Source: a virus
Lineage: Duplodnaviria; Caudoviricetes
Length of the DNA stretch: 36,458 nucleotides
Direction: 5' to 3' (one strand)
IMG/VR virus record: IMGVR_UViG_3300032318_002431
Span: 1-36,458 of that record
This document shows positions 8,688 to 17,004 of the stretch, in pieces (the first letter of the stretch is position 1; every line of letters begins with the position of its first letter). A model generated the notes under the pieces. That model ran no database searches, was not told the DNA's origin, and worked only from the letters and a program-made list of their open reading frames with translations. A program made the translations under genes and the position numbers.

Positions 8688-9865
8688 ATTATAAATAAAT
8701 TTTTAAGATAAATTCCATCGGTTTTTTGATATATTAATTTGTTTTTTCCAATTATTCTAGGAAAAAATCCACTGCATATTTTTTTAACGAAAGGAAAACT
8801 GTATGAGTATTTAAGGTTTATCAAAGAAATTATATTTTCTTTGGACACAAAAATAAAAAAATCTTCATAAAAACAAAAACCAGATGTCGTATCAATCCCT
8901 GCCGTAAGAGGAAAAGTAACTGATGATTGTGGTGTCTGAGCGTCTGTTCTCATAACATTTACGTTGTTAAAATCACTTCGGTTTGAAAAAGAAAGAGTTG
9001 ATGTCTGCATGTACTGCAATCCTACGGATTCGTTGATTAATAAATTTTGGCTAATTACCGAGAAATCTGCTGGATTTGTAGATATTATCTGTTTTTTTAT
9101 CAAAGAAGAACTTCCGATGAAAACCAAATTCTCGCTGTCTATCATTACTGGATTTGACCCAACAACGTTCGTAAAAAAAACACCATCATCTATAGTGTTT
9201 TTGTCTTTTCTTTTTAAAATTCCTGTAGAAAAATCTTTGAAAAATAGGTAATTACCTATTATTCTTGGAAGTTGTCCACCAACATCCGTTGTAGGCGTTC
9301 CAGCTCCTATTTCGTTATATCTTTTTTTATAAATCCTATAAGAATCGTTTGGGTTGGTGTAATAAAATGTCCCATCCGTGTCTATGTCAAAGGATGAAAA
9401 TGTTTCAAATGAAAATACTAAATCAACAATTTTAGTCCCTTCCGTTGTGTCTTCACAGATGGTTTTTTTTAACGCATTTTTAGTTAAATTTGTACTTGCA
9501 GGCTTCAAAGAATCTTCAAAGTAATCTAATTCAGATAGAACTGTATTTTCGGGTAAAATTAAGTCTGTTGCGCTTAAAAGTTCAGTTGTTATACACTCAT
9601 TTACGAGAACAGTGCTTTTTAAATACAAATCAAGCTCCATCCAATCGTCTGCATTTAAACTTGGATTTATTGCATTATTAGCAGAATTTGTTATTTTAAC
9701 ATATCTTTTATCGTCAAACCATACTATCGATTTTATTTTATAAGCAGGCACAAAAGAAACGGAAAGCCAGTAGCCATCAACGGTTACGTCGTTGTGAATG
9801 GCGGTCTGCACTTCAGTTGAATTAATTAAATAAGCCTGACTTGGTGTAGCTATAGGTGTGCTCAT
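8684..9865 (-). CDS. Baseplate/tail protein with CBM5/12-like motif and C-terminal beta-propeller-like repeats
   Basis: AYKIKSIVWFDDKRY...NPS...W motif; repeated DGTFYY / GNYLFF / KNKLIY blade-like segments. Confidence 0.5.
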   Translation of the reverse strand: MSTPIATPSQAYLINSTEVQTAIHNDVTVDGYWLSVSFVPAYKIKSIVWFDDKRYVKITNSANNAINPSLNADDWMELDLYLKSTVLVNECITTELLSATDLILPENTVLSELDYFEDSLKPASTNLTKNALKKTICEDTTEGTKIVDLVFSFETFSSFDIDTDGTFYYTNPNDSYRIYKKRYNEIGAGTPTTDVGGQLPRIIGNYLFFKDFSTGILKRKDKNTIDDGVFFTNVVGSNPVMIDSENLVFIGSSSLIKKQIISTNPADFSVISQNLLINESVGLQYMQTSTLSFSNRSDFNNVNVMRTDAQTPQSSVTFPLTAGIDTTSGFCFYEDFFIFVSKENIISLINLKYSYSFPFVKKICSGFFPRIIGKNKLIYQKTDGIYLKNLFII

Positions 9866-9871
9866 ATTTTT

Positions 9872-10384
9872 TTATGTATAATCAATTTTTTTTAAAATCG
9901 CTAAGCTATAATTGGATTTAGTTGCTAAAACAAAAATATTTATTCCGTCGCTAAAAGCCAAAGTGTAAGCGGTTACTACATTAACGCTTGTATTATTTCC
10001 GATCGGCAAAGGTATTAATTTTCCGACTAATTTGCTAATAAATTGCAAGTCGGTCGGTAAATTCGGGTTGTTTAATTCGGTTGGGGGAATGAAAATATTC
10101 ACGTAAGCAGCCTCTAAACTAGGGTTTGCATTTTCGTCTACAAAACCAATAACTTCTATATTCCTGCCTAATGGGTCGTATAGATCGTTTAAAAAAGCCT
10201 CTAAGCAGGGCTTGGTTGGGGCTGGCAAGTTTAAATTCAATGCTCTTGTTAATTGGTCTCTGTAAATATTTACATTGTTTAACAAATCTCCGATCAGTAA
10301 AGCAAAATTGTACCAGATAGACTTTTGTTTAAGCCATTTTGGTAGCTTTTCGGTCGCTTTTGTTAAGTAATCAAAAAAAATCAT
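9872..10384 (-). CDS. Baseplate wedge protein (P2 gpI / Mu gp48-like)
   Basis: LPKWL...LEAFLNDLYDP pattern; directly follows the baseplate J-like gene. Confidence 0.6.
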   Translation of the reverse strand: MIFFDYLTKATEKLPKWLKQKSIWYNFALLIGDLLNNVNIYRDQLTRALNLNLPAPTKPCLEAFLNDLYDPLGRNIEVIGFVDENANPSLEAAYVNIFIPPTELNNPNLPTDLQFISKLVGKLIPLPIGNNTSVNVVTAYTLAFSDGINIFVLATKSNYSLAILKKIDYT

Positions 10385-11265
10385 GGTCTTGCGTTAAAAT
10401 ATGTTATATTTAAAATTACTTCTTTTATAAAACCGCCGTAAGGATTGTATTGCTGACCCGTTGCTGCTAAAATATTTGTTTGTTGAGACAGATCGTTGGA
10501 TTTCCCTTCTGCACCAGTAAATTGAATGTTACCAACGCTTAAGCCGATGCCTAGCACAGACTGAACCAACTTTGACAATGCTAAAGGTGATCCAAAATTA
10601 ACACTTTTAGCTTCTTTTTGTAAAATTTCTTCAACGATCTTATTCCCACCAACAATTAACGCTCCATTATTGGCTGGAACGGAAGAATCAACGATAAAAA
10701 CCTCTGCATCAACATAAACATTTGCGGATAAAGTTAGTTTATCGCCTTCTAAGCTTTGCAAGCGATTAAAAGGAATACCTGCCGTTGAATTTCCGATTAT
10801 GAAATTAACGATCGGGGCGTTATCTTTGGTATAGTCGATTAAAGCGTTCATTTCTTGGGCACTAAGCGGGGTAGGTATTCCACCATTAGATTTGGCTACT
10901 TTTACAAATATAGCAAGTCCATTCGTGGTGATTTCAACGAATTTTATTATTTTTTTTGCTTCGTCCAAAGATTCGTAGCCTAATTGATACCAATTATCTA
11001 CAATTGTTTGATCTCCGTATTGGAAGTCCAAAAAAAGCTGTATATATCCATCTACCCCCATAGGTCTCTGCTTTAGTATTGCTTTTTGTGCGTCAGCTAT
11101 CATTTTTTCCATTATTGCAAATGACCAAGACAGAAGGGTGCAAAATAACCCTATAAGCACATTATGAGCAGCGGCAGGGCTTGTGTTTGTTAAATTTTCA
11201 CGCAAAACGTCATTAGACTGTATATACTCCTGAGCCTGCTGGTACAATTCTTCTTTATTTTTCAT
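10381..11265 (-). CDS. Baseplate J-like wedge protein
   Basis: FQYGD...KVAK...PLSAQEMNALIDY pattern of Bacteroidota phage baseplate J-like proteins; start likely ATG 11265. Confidence 0.7.
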   Translation of the reverse strand: MKNKEELYQQAQEYIQSNDVLRENLTNTSPAAAHNVLIGLFCTLLSWSFAIMEKMIADAQKAILKQRPMGVDGYIQLFLDFQYGDQTIVDNWYQLGYESLDEAKKIIKFVEITTNGLAIFVKVAKSNGGIPTPLSAQEMNALIDYTKDNAPIVNFIIGNSTAGIPFNRLQSLEGDKLTLSANVYVDAEVFIVDSSVPANNGALIVGGNKIVEEILQKEAKSVNFGSPLALSKLVQSVLGIGLSVGNIQFTGAEGKSNDLSQQTNILAATGQQYNPYGGFIKEVILNITYFNARP

Positions 11266-12502
11266 TTCCCATATAATTTGGTTCAATATATTCTAGCTTT
11301 TTCTCAACTTCTAAACCTGTTAAATCCTCTATATCTTCATTCGATATATCGTAGCCAGCTTGTGTAAGTACCTTGATTTTCTCTAGGCTAATCTGAATTG
11401 TATCTTTAGTGTCTTTATAAATTTTAACGTTTTTATTCGATAAATCCAAACCACAATATGTTAAAACATTCTTAAATTCAATGTCATCCAGCATGGCTTC
11501 GAACATACATTCGTAATTTCTTAGCCTTAAATCTGTGGCGGTCATCTGTGCGTCTGACTGCCTATAGTTAGTTGTTTCTGTCAATTTACTGCCCAATATA
11601 ACCTCGCAAACCTCTTGCTCGGCATCCCTCTTTACCTCGTTGGTGAATCTTATGCCATCACTAGGCACCGAGTGCATCTCCATGACCGTCTCTGGAGTCC
11701 CTAAATAATATTTTGAGGTCTTAAAATCTTCGATTGCGTCGATTATCTCTTGCTTTCGGCTTACATCTTTAACCTCGCTTTCTTCGTTCAATCCGTACTC
11801 CTTTACAAGGACATACGGGTAAATACCATCCTTTGCAAATTGAGTGGTAGATGCGTTTGCGTTATCTATCAAGGCAAGAGTATTAAAGCATTTGCTAAGT
11901 ATGCCTTTGAAGTCGAAAAACAAGAAAAAAAAACTTTTTTCATCATTTTTCGGATTATTAAAATCAACAACAGTTGCAAAATCATTCCCAACCATTTTTT
12001 GAATGGTTTTGTTTGTTGGATTTATTAAAATTTGCGGGGTTTTTGTTAAAAAGTCAAATTTCTTTTTTTCTGCTTTATATGAACCAACTTGAATAGATCC
12101 AAAGCCGTAAAAATATGAGTCAATAAAAAAATCAACTATTTTTGTCTTAAAATCAATGCTGTTTAAAACATTTTCGGCTTCTTCGTCTTCATTTTCATCG
12201 TCAATCATTACTTTAATATGTGTACTGATTAAATGTGCAGCTATTGTCTTTTTTAATCGCTCTACTACTGGAATGAAATCAACGCATTTTTTGTAAATAT
12301 TATAATAAAAACGATAATCAGCACTACTTTCAACGTATTGAATTGCAAATAAAACGTCTTCTCTAGTAAAAAGGAAATAATTAGCCGCTGCGTTATTATT
12401 TTTATAGTATATTAATGATGAGTTTGTTACATTTTTAACTGGTAACTTATCCGTATCGGCTTGCTTATACGGCGAAAACCAGTTTTTTATCTTTTCAAGC
12501 AT
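11255..12502 (-). CDS. Portal protein (DUF935 / Mu gp29-like)
   Basis: About 415 aa near the terminase; DSYFYGFGSIQ and EVILGSKLT motifs; start likely ATG 12502. Confidence 0.75.
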   Translation of the reverse strand: MLEKIKNWFSPYKQADTDKLPVKNVTNSSLIYYKNNNAAANYFLFTREDVLFAIQYVESSADYRFYYNIYKKCVDFIPVVERLKKTIAAHLISTHIKVMIDDENEDEEAENVLNSIDFKTKIVDFFIDSYFYGFGSIQVGSYKAEKKKFDFLTKTPQILINPTNKTIQKMVGNDFATVVDFNNPKNDEKSFFFLFFDFKGILSKCFNTLALIDNANASTTQFAKDGIYPYVLVKEYGLNEESEVKDVSRKQEIIDAIEDFKTSKYYLGTPETVMEMHSVPSDGIRFTNEVKRDAEQEVCEVILGSKLTETTNYRQSDAQMTATDLRLRNYECMFEAMLDDIEFKNVLTYCGLDLSNKNVKIYKDTKDTIQISLEKIKVLTQAGYDISNEDIEDLTGLEVEKKLEYIEPNYMGNEK

Positions 12503-12506
12503 TTTT

Positions 12507-12941
12507 TCAATATTTAGGTGTGTCAAAAAAACCGTTCACTCTCTTTGTGTTTCTATCGCCAGTAGTATAAGCCGCCGTCTTCGGAATCTCTGGCATGGGC
12601 AACTTGCCTTTGTACATTTTTTCTATCTCGGTTTTAATGTCATTTAGCTGTTCTTTTAAAAATGTATTACCGTTGTTTGCTGTTTTTCGCATCATTATCT
12701 TTGTTCCAACAATCCTAGCCAAATAAGGCATCAACAAAGGGTTTCTATCGTTTTCTGTTTTTTCAAGTTCTGTAGAAATATCCAAAAAAGGCGTTAAAGT
12801 CTTTGTCGCCCAGCTTTCAGTCTCTTTTGAGAATAAAGAGATTATTCTTTCTCTTTCTAATAAATTAATTCCGTTAAAGCTATCATCTATATATTTTTGC
12901 GTGAATTGATCGCAAAGATCATCGTACGTAATGTATGCCAT
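12507..12941 (-). CDS. Head-tail adaptor (Mu gp36 / DUF1320-like)
   Basis: MAYITYDDL N-terminus, RNPLLM and GKLPM patterns; start reassigned to ATG 12941. Confidence 0.7.
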   Translation of the reverse strand: MAYITYDDLCDQFTQKYIDDSFNGINLLERERIISLFSKETESWATKTLTPFLDISTELEKTENDRNPLLMPYLARIVGTKIMMRKTANNGNTFLKEQLNDIKTEIEKMYKGKLPMPEIPKTAAYTTGDRNTKRVNGFFDTPKY

Positions 12942-12952
12942 AATATTTTTGA

Positions 12953-12960
12953 CAAATTTA
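12953..12960 (-). promoter_or_regulatory. Bacteroidota-type -7 promoter box (TAAATTTG)
   Basis: Between the TerL stop and the adaptor ATG at 12941. Confidence 0.5.
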
Positions 12961-12970
12961 CAAAAAAAAA

Positions 12971-14419
12971 TCAATACCGCACCTTAACGTTTCTTTTTAC
13001 ATCTTTTAATGAAACAAAACTGTAGCGTTGCATCCAGTTTATCATCTCGTCTTTAAGATAAGAGCAGATCGCGTATCGAAAAATATCAGAGAAATGCCCC
13101 TCCCTTTCATAAATCAAGCCATCTTTAGTTTTTGCTTTCTTCTTTGTCATTCCTCCCTCTTTGTCGCTTTGAACAGTTAAATAGTCTATAATAGCAGGGG
13201 TACAGTGTATTTCGTCTATCAATATTTCCCAGTCTTTCCATCCATTTAGTAGATCATTGACGAAAGAACAAGATCGTGCAACTGGTGGATTAGATCGCAA
13301 GAACCGATCAAAAATATCAAAATCGCTTTTTTTCATTTCTTGTAAAAAAATGTCGGCGAACGACCTTGAGTTTTCATCTACCGCATTACCGCTCTTCGTA
13401 CTTACATCTCCTACGACCAGCACGCTTGTATTCATCTTATCATTTTCTTCCTGTAAATCACGTAAATATTCCAGCGATAAAACAGCTGCCTTTCTAGCAT
13501 TGTTATTTGGCGACACACAAGGTAAGGATTTTATTTGCGTTATTTTTTTATTTTTTTTATCAATTTGGAAAAAAGAAACTGCTATATAAGGAAGTTTGTT
13601 TTCGTCTATCGACACTATAATTGGCAAATCAGGATTATGCGGAGCGTAACCTACATGTTTTGATTGTTCGAAATTATAAAAAAATGCGTCTTGTATTTTG
13701 TTAACGTAATCCCAATTTCCCTCTACTTTTTCTTCGTATTCGGCTTTTGATAATGAATTTCTTAACTGCTCTTTGTATAATTCTTTATCTTCTATCCCTA
13801 TATTATCATCAATTTTAGCAGGTATGTAAGAATACTTTATATCTAATAACCCATCACGCCATTTGTCATAAAATCTAGTCTTTACCCAACCTCTTTGAGG
13901 ATTAGAAGTGCCAACCGCAAAATTAGGCGGAGATCCGATTTTACCAGTAACAGGATTCATTCCATTACCAGCTTGCTTCCAGCTGCCTACACGGCTCATA
14001 AGATGGTCAAACTCATGTTCTTGTATATCCATCTCATCAAAAGCTATGCCGTTCGTTTCAATGTTTAAGTGCGTAACATTTCCGCCTTTAGCCTCTGTAT
14101 TTGTGGCAAATAGCTTTATAATTGAGCCGTTTTTAAAGTAAAACGTTTTTGTCTGTCCGTTCCAATCAGCTACCTTTTGCAAAAAGTCTAGCCCTACCAT
14201 CATCTCTATAACTGTATCACGCAGTACACTCATATGCCTACGTACTATTGTCCATCGGCTTTTTGGATACAACAAAGCTAACGTAATAAATAAAAAAACA
14301 ATATTATAAGTCTTTCCGCCACGTATAGCTCCGCCGTACAATACAAAAAAATAATTACCACTCAGCAAAGTTTGATTGCAGAGTAATTGTTTAGCAGATT
14401 CTTTATATATTAATTTCAA
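12971..14419 (-). CDS. terL: Terminase large subunit
   Basis: Walker A YGGAIRGGKT, Walker B IAFDE, TSNP motif, nuclease SIDEN and GHFSDIFRY; TTG start. Confidence 0.95.
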   Translation of the reverse strand: MKLIYKESAKQLLCNQTLLSGNYFFVLYGGAIRGGKTYNIVFLFITLALLYPKSRWTIVRRHMSVLRDTVIEMMVGLDFLQKVADWNGQTKTFYFKNGSIIKLFATNTEAKGGNVTHLNIETNGIAFDEMDIQEHEFDHLMSRVGSWKQAGNGMNPVTGKIGSPPNFAVGTSNPQRGWVKTRFYDKWRDGLLDIKYSYIPAKIDDNIGIEDKELYKEQLRNSLSKAEYEEKVEGNWDYVNKIQDAFFYNFEQSKHVGYAPHNPDLPIIVSIDENKLPYIAVSFFQIDKKNKKITQIKSLPCVSPNNNARKAAVLSLEYLRDLQEENDKMNTSVLVVGDVSTKSGNAVDENSRSFADIFLQEMKKSDFDIFDRFLRSNPPVARSCSFVNDLLNGWKDWEILIDEIHCTPAIIDYLTVQSDKEGGMTKKKAKTKDGLIYEREGHFSDIFRYAICSYLKDEMINWMQRYSFVSLKDVKRNVKVRY

Positions 14420-14422
14420 CTA

Positions 14423-14833
14423 TTATTTTTCTTCTATTTCAATTTTACTCCCCCCTATTTCGATTATGGAAACACTAATCTTATCACCTTGACTTGTAAT
14501 ATCTGTATAATTCGTAGGTTTACCCATAGTTCTATCCAGCATTTTTTCGATCACGTCAAAGCCTTTTCCAGAAAGTATCGCTTTACCGACCACCCTTATC
14601 ATTGATGGCTGTTTTTCGTCCATTACCATATCCTTAAGCTCTGTTAAACCAATGTTAATTAACCTAAGGTAACAACTTTTTATATCATTGGGCGTTGCTT
14701 CTTTTACGCCATTTTCTTCTAGCTCTTTATTTACGGAGTTGATTGTTTTGCGGTTAGCTCCTGTTCTGTTTATGTTTTGCTTATTTTTTGAGAACCCGTT
14801 CGAGTTCCATTTATCACCGAAATTGTTTGTCAT
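14423..14833 (-). CDS. terS: Terminase small subunit
   Basis: Immediately upstream of TerL; NINRTG, MLDRTMGKP and DITSQGDKI motifs typical of TerS. Confidence 0.8.
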   Translation of the reverse strand: MTNNFGDKWNSNGFSKNKQNINRTGANRKTINSVNKELEENGVKEATPNDIKSCYLRLINIGLTELKDMVMDEKQPSMIRVVGKAILSGKGFDVIEKMLDRTMGKPTNYTDITSQGDKISVSIIEIGGSKIEIEEK

Positions 14834-14887
14834 TTTTTTAACTTGCTTTTAATTTGCTGTCTAAAATTAACCGATATTTATTTTTTT

Positions 14888-16408
14888 TTAATCCTGTCGT
14901 ATGCCATTGCGTTTTATTTCTATTGTTGGATCTAGCTTTTTCATTCTGTCAATGATTACTTGGCAATATTTCGGGTCTAATTCCATTCCGTAACATTTGC
15001 GTTTTAATTGGTGGGATGCTACCATTGTTGAACCGCTACCTAAAAACACATCTAAAACTAAACCGTTTTCGGGACAACTTGATTTTATTGCACGTTCGCA
15101 TAATGGTATAGGTTTTGGCGTTGCGTGTCCGCCTTCGCTTCCATTTCTTAAATGCCTTTCAAACTTCCAAACATTATTAAAGTTATCGTGTACATTATTA
15201 AAGTATGCCCTTGTAGAATAATATTCTTTTTTTAATTCTTCGTATTCTTTTTTTAATTCTTCGTATTCTTTTTTAAATGCTTCTATATTATTTTCAATGC
15301 AATAATTTTGTATTTTTTTATACGCTTCTTTTGTTGGAAATTCCCATTGACTTTTAGCCCAATAATGTGATACTCTTGTACTATCTATTTTTGATAATTC
15401 TTCTACTGATAATTTACTTTTTTTACGTTCATCTTCAAAATACAATCTTAATTTTTCAAATACTATATTATATTTTTGCTCATTTCTTTCAAATTCAAAT
15501 GATTGAACACCAATCATAACAAATAAACACTTTTCGTCTGCTATTGCATAGCTTCTTGTGTTCTCTGAATTTTGACCTTGTCCGTGTCCTTTATCCCAAG
15601 TAATTAAGTTTCTAAATGTTGCCTTTTGTTCTGCTATATATGGTTTTAATATTTCGCTGTAAATATCCATTAACGGCTCATCTATTCCCCAACAATAAAA
15701 ACTCCCACTTTCTTTTAAGTGTGTAAATTGTAAAGCAATCCATTCACGATTAAAATCTAATAAATCTGCATAGTTTAGATTATCATTTAGAACTCCTTCA
15801 TTTTCTTTTTTCATTCCGTATGGCGGGTCATTGTGCGCCATATCCGCTTTTTGTCCATTCATTAGCTTTGCTACTGCATCGCTATCAGTTGAATCGCCAC
15901 AAAGCAAACGATGTTCGCCTATTTCGAATAAATCCCCTAATACAATATCGGTTGTTATTTCGTTTGGTATTTCGTAATCGTCTTCTTCGGCTTCTAATAC
16001 TTCAGCTTCAAAGTTTGGTATCTCTAAACCCCAACCCTCTAACTCGGTAAGATCCCAATCCAATTTTAAAAGTTCAAAATCATGCTCGCCAAATCCTACA
16101 TTATCCTTGATAACATAAGCCTTTAATTTTTCTACAGGGGTATCTTCAGGAAGAATTTTGCAAGGAATTTCTTTAAATCCTAATTCTTTACACGCTCTAA
16201 ACCGCATATTTCCTGCAATAATTATAAGCGTGCCTTTATATTTATAAACAATTACTTCCCTTAACTCTAACATTTCAGGGTCGTCTTGAATCGATTTTAA
16301 CAGTTTCTTGTAGCGTTCTTCTTTTATAAATCGAGGATTTTTAGGCAAACCCTCGACTTGCCCAGTGTTTGGGCTTAAATCGCTAATTTTTACGCTTTGT
16401 ATCTCCAT
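14888..16408 (-). CDS. ParB-like N-terminal domain fused to an N6A/N4C DNA methyltransferase (beta class)
   Basis: KNPR...IIAGNMRFRA (ParB/Srx-like); HRLLCGDST, DPPY catalytic motif, HATPKP and VLDVFLGSGST SAM-binding motif. Confidence 0.93.
   Translation of the reverse strand: MEIQSVKISDLSPNTGQVEGLPKNPRFIKEERYKKLLKSIQDDPEMLELREVIVYKYKGTLIIIAGNMRFRACKELGFKEIPCKILPEDTPVEKLKAYVIKDNVGFGEHDFELLKLDWDLTELEGWGLEIPNFEAEVLEAEEDDYEIPNEITTDIVLGDLFEIGEHRLLCGDSTDSDAVAKLMNGQKADMAHNDPPYGMKKENEGVLNDNLNYADLLDFNREWIALQFTHLKESGSFYCWGIDEPLMDIYSEILKPYIAEQKATFRNLITWDKGHGQGQNSENTRSYAIADEKCLFVMIGVQSFEFERNEQKYNIVFEKLRLYFEDERKKSKLSVEELSKIDSTRVSHYWAKSQWEFPTKEAYKKIQNYCIENNIEAFKKEYEELKKEYEELKKEYYSTRAYFNNVHDNFNNVWKFERHLRNGSEGGHATPKPIPLCERAIKSSCPENGLVLDVFLGSGSTMVASHQLKRKCYGMELDPKYCQVIIDRMKKLDPTIEIKRNGIRQD
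15222..15277. repeat. 21-bp tandem repeat (about 2.6 copies) encoding KKEYEEL
   Basis: TATTCTTTTTTTAATTCTTCG at 15222 and 15243, partial copy at 15264. Confidence 0.9.
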
Positions 16409-16414
16409 TTTTCA

Positions 16415-16422
16415 CAAATTTA
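16415..16422 (-). promoter_or_regulatory. Bacteroidota-type -7 promoter box (TAAATTTG)
   Basis: In the short gap upstream of the methyltransferase ATG at 16408. Confidence 0.5.
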
Positions 16423-16431
16423 TAAAAAATA

Positions 16432-16692
16432 TTAGAAAAACAATGAAATTTCCTCAAAACAAGTGCAAACATGCACGGCAAAACCTTGACTTCTTAATTT
16501 TTCATGTCTGAATTTCTGTAGTTCAGAAGTTACGCCCTTGTCTGTTTTGACCTCAATAAATACTGTTTTTCCGCACTTTAAAGCCATTAAATCAGGGATG
16601 CCGTTCATTGTTGTTTTAATCAATTTTACAACAAGCCAATTCCTTTTTTCAAGTTCTAAAATTATTTTTCTTTGTACTTCGGATTCTTTCAT
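16432..16692 (-). CDS. VRR-NUC domain nuclease
   Basis: ESEVQ...GIPDL...FIEVK...SELQ PD-(D/E)xK signature. Confidence 0.92.
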   Translation of the reverse strand: MKESEVQRKIILELEKRNWLVVKLIKTTMNGIPDLMALKCGKTVFIEVKTDKGVTSELQKFRHEKLRSQGFAVHVCTCFEEISLFF

Positions 16693-16760
16693 TTATTTAA
16701 AAGCTCACGGTTTTCATAAATATTTCCAATGAAATACTTTTTCCTTGTGAAAATCCAGAT
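16689..16760 (-). pseudogene. 3' remnant of a YopX-family gene
   Basis: Startless frame reads ...YFIGNIYENRELLNK*, matching the YopX C-terminal IGNIYENPELL motif; its TGA overlaps the VRR-NUC ATG. Confidence 0.65.
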
Positions 16761-16773
16761 TTAAAAAGTTTAA

Positions 16774-17004
16774 TCATATATTTTCAATTTGTATTCTAAC
16801 TTCCTTCCACCAATTAATATGGTCAATATCATAGCTTCCTTCCGCAACGTCTAAAATTTCATCAACCGCGATTAAAGCACACATTTTAGCTTTTTTTTCA
16901 GCAATAATTGAATACCTTCCGTAAAACATAGGTCGGTATTTATCTACTAATCTTTTAGCTTCTTCTTTCGATTGTTTTTTTTGTTCTTCTGTCATTTTTT
17001 CCAT
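16774..17004 (-). CDS. Conserved small Bacteroidota-phage hypothetical protein
   Basis: AKRLVDKY...AKMCALIAVDEIL...WWKEV pattern. Confidence 0.75.
   Translation of the reverse strand: MEKMTEEQKKQSKEEAKRLVDKYRPMFYGRYSIIAEKKAKMCALIAVDEILDVAEGSYDIDHINWWKEVRIQIENI

Noticed and set aside
15960-16408. ParB domain as evidence of plasmid-prophage partitioning
   Set aside because: It is fused to a methyltransferase, a common phage arrangement, and there is no ParA or parS array.
1295-16732. Numerous short + strand ORFs opposite structural genes (e.g. 1834-2094, 6943-7236, 13257-13589, 13908-14141)
   Set aside because: They are antisense shadows of well-supported minus-strand genes, with no motifs and mostly non-ATG starts.
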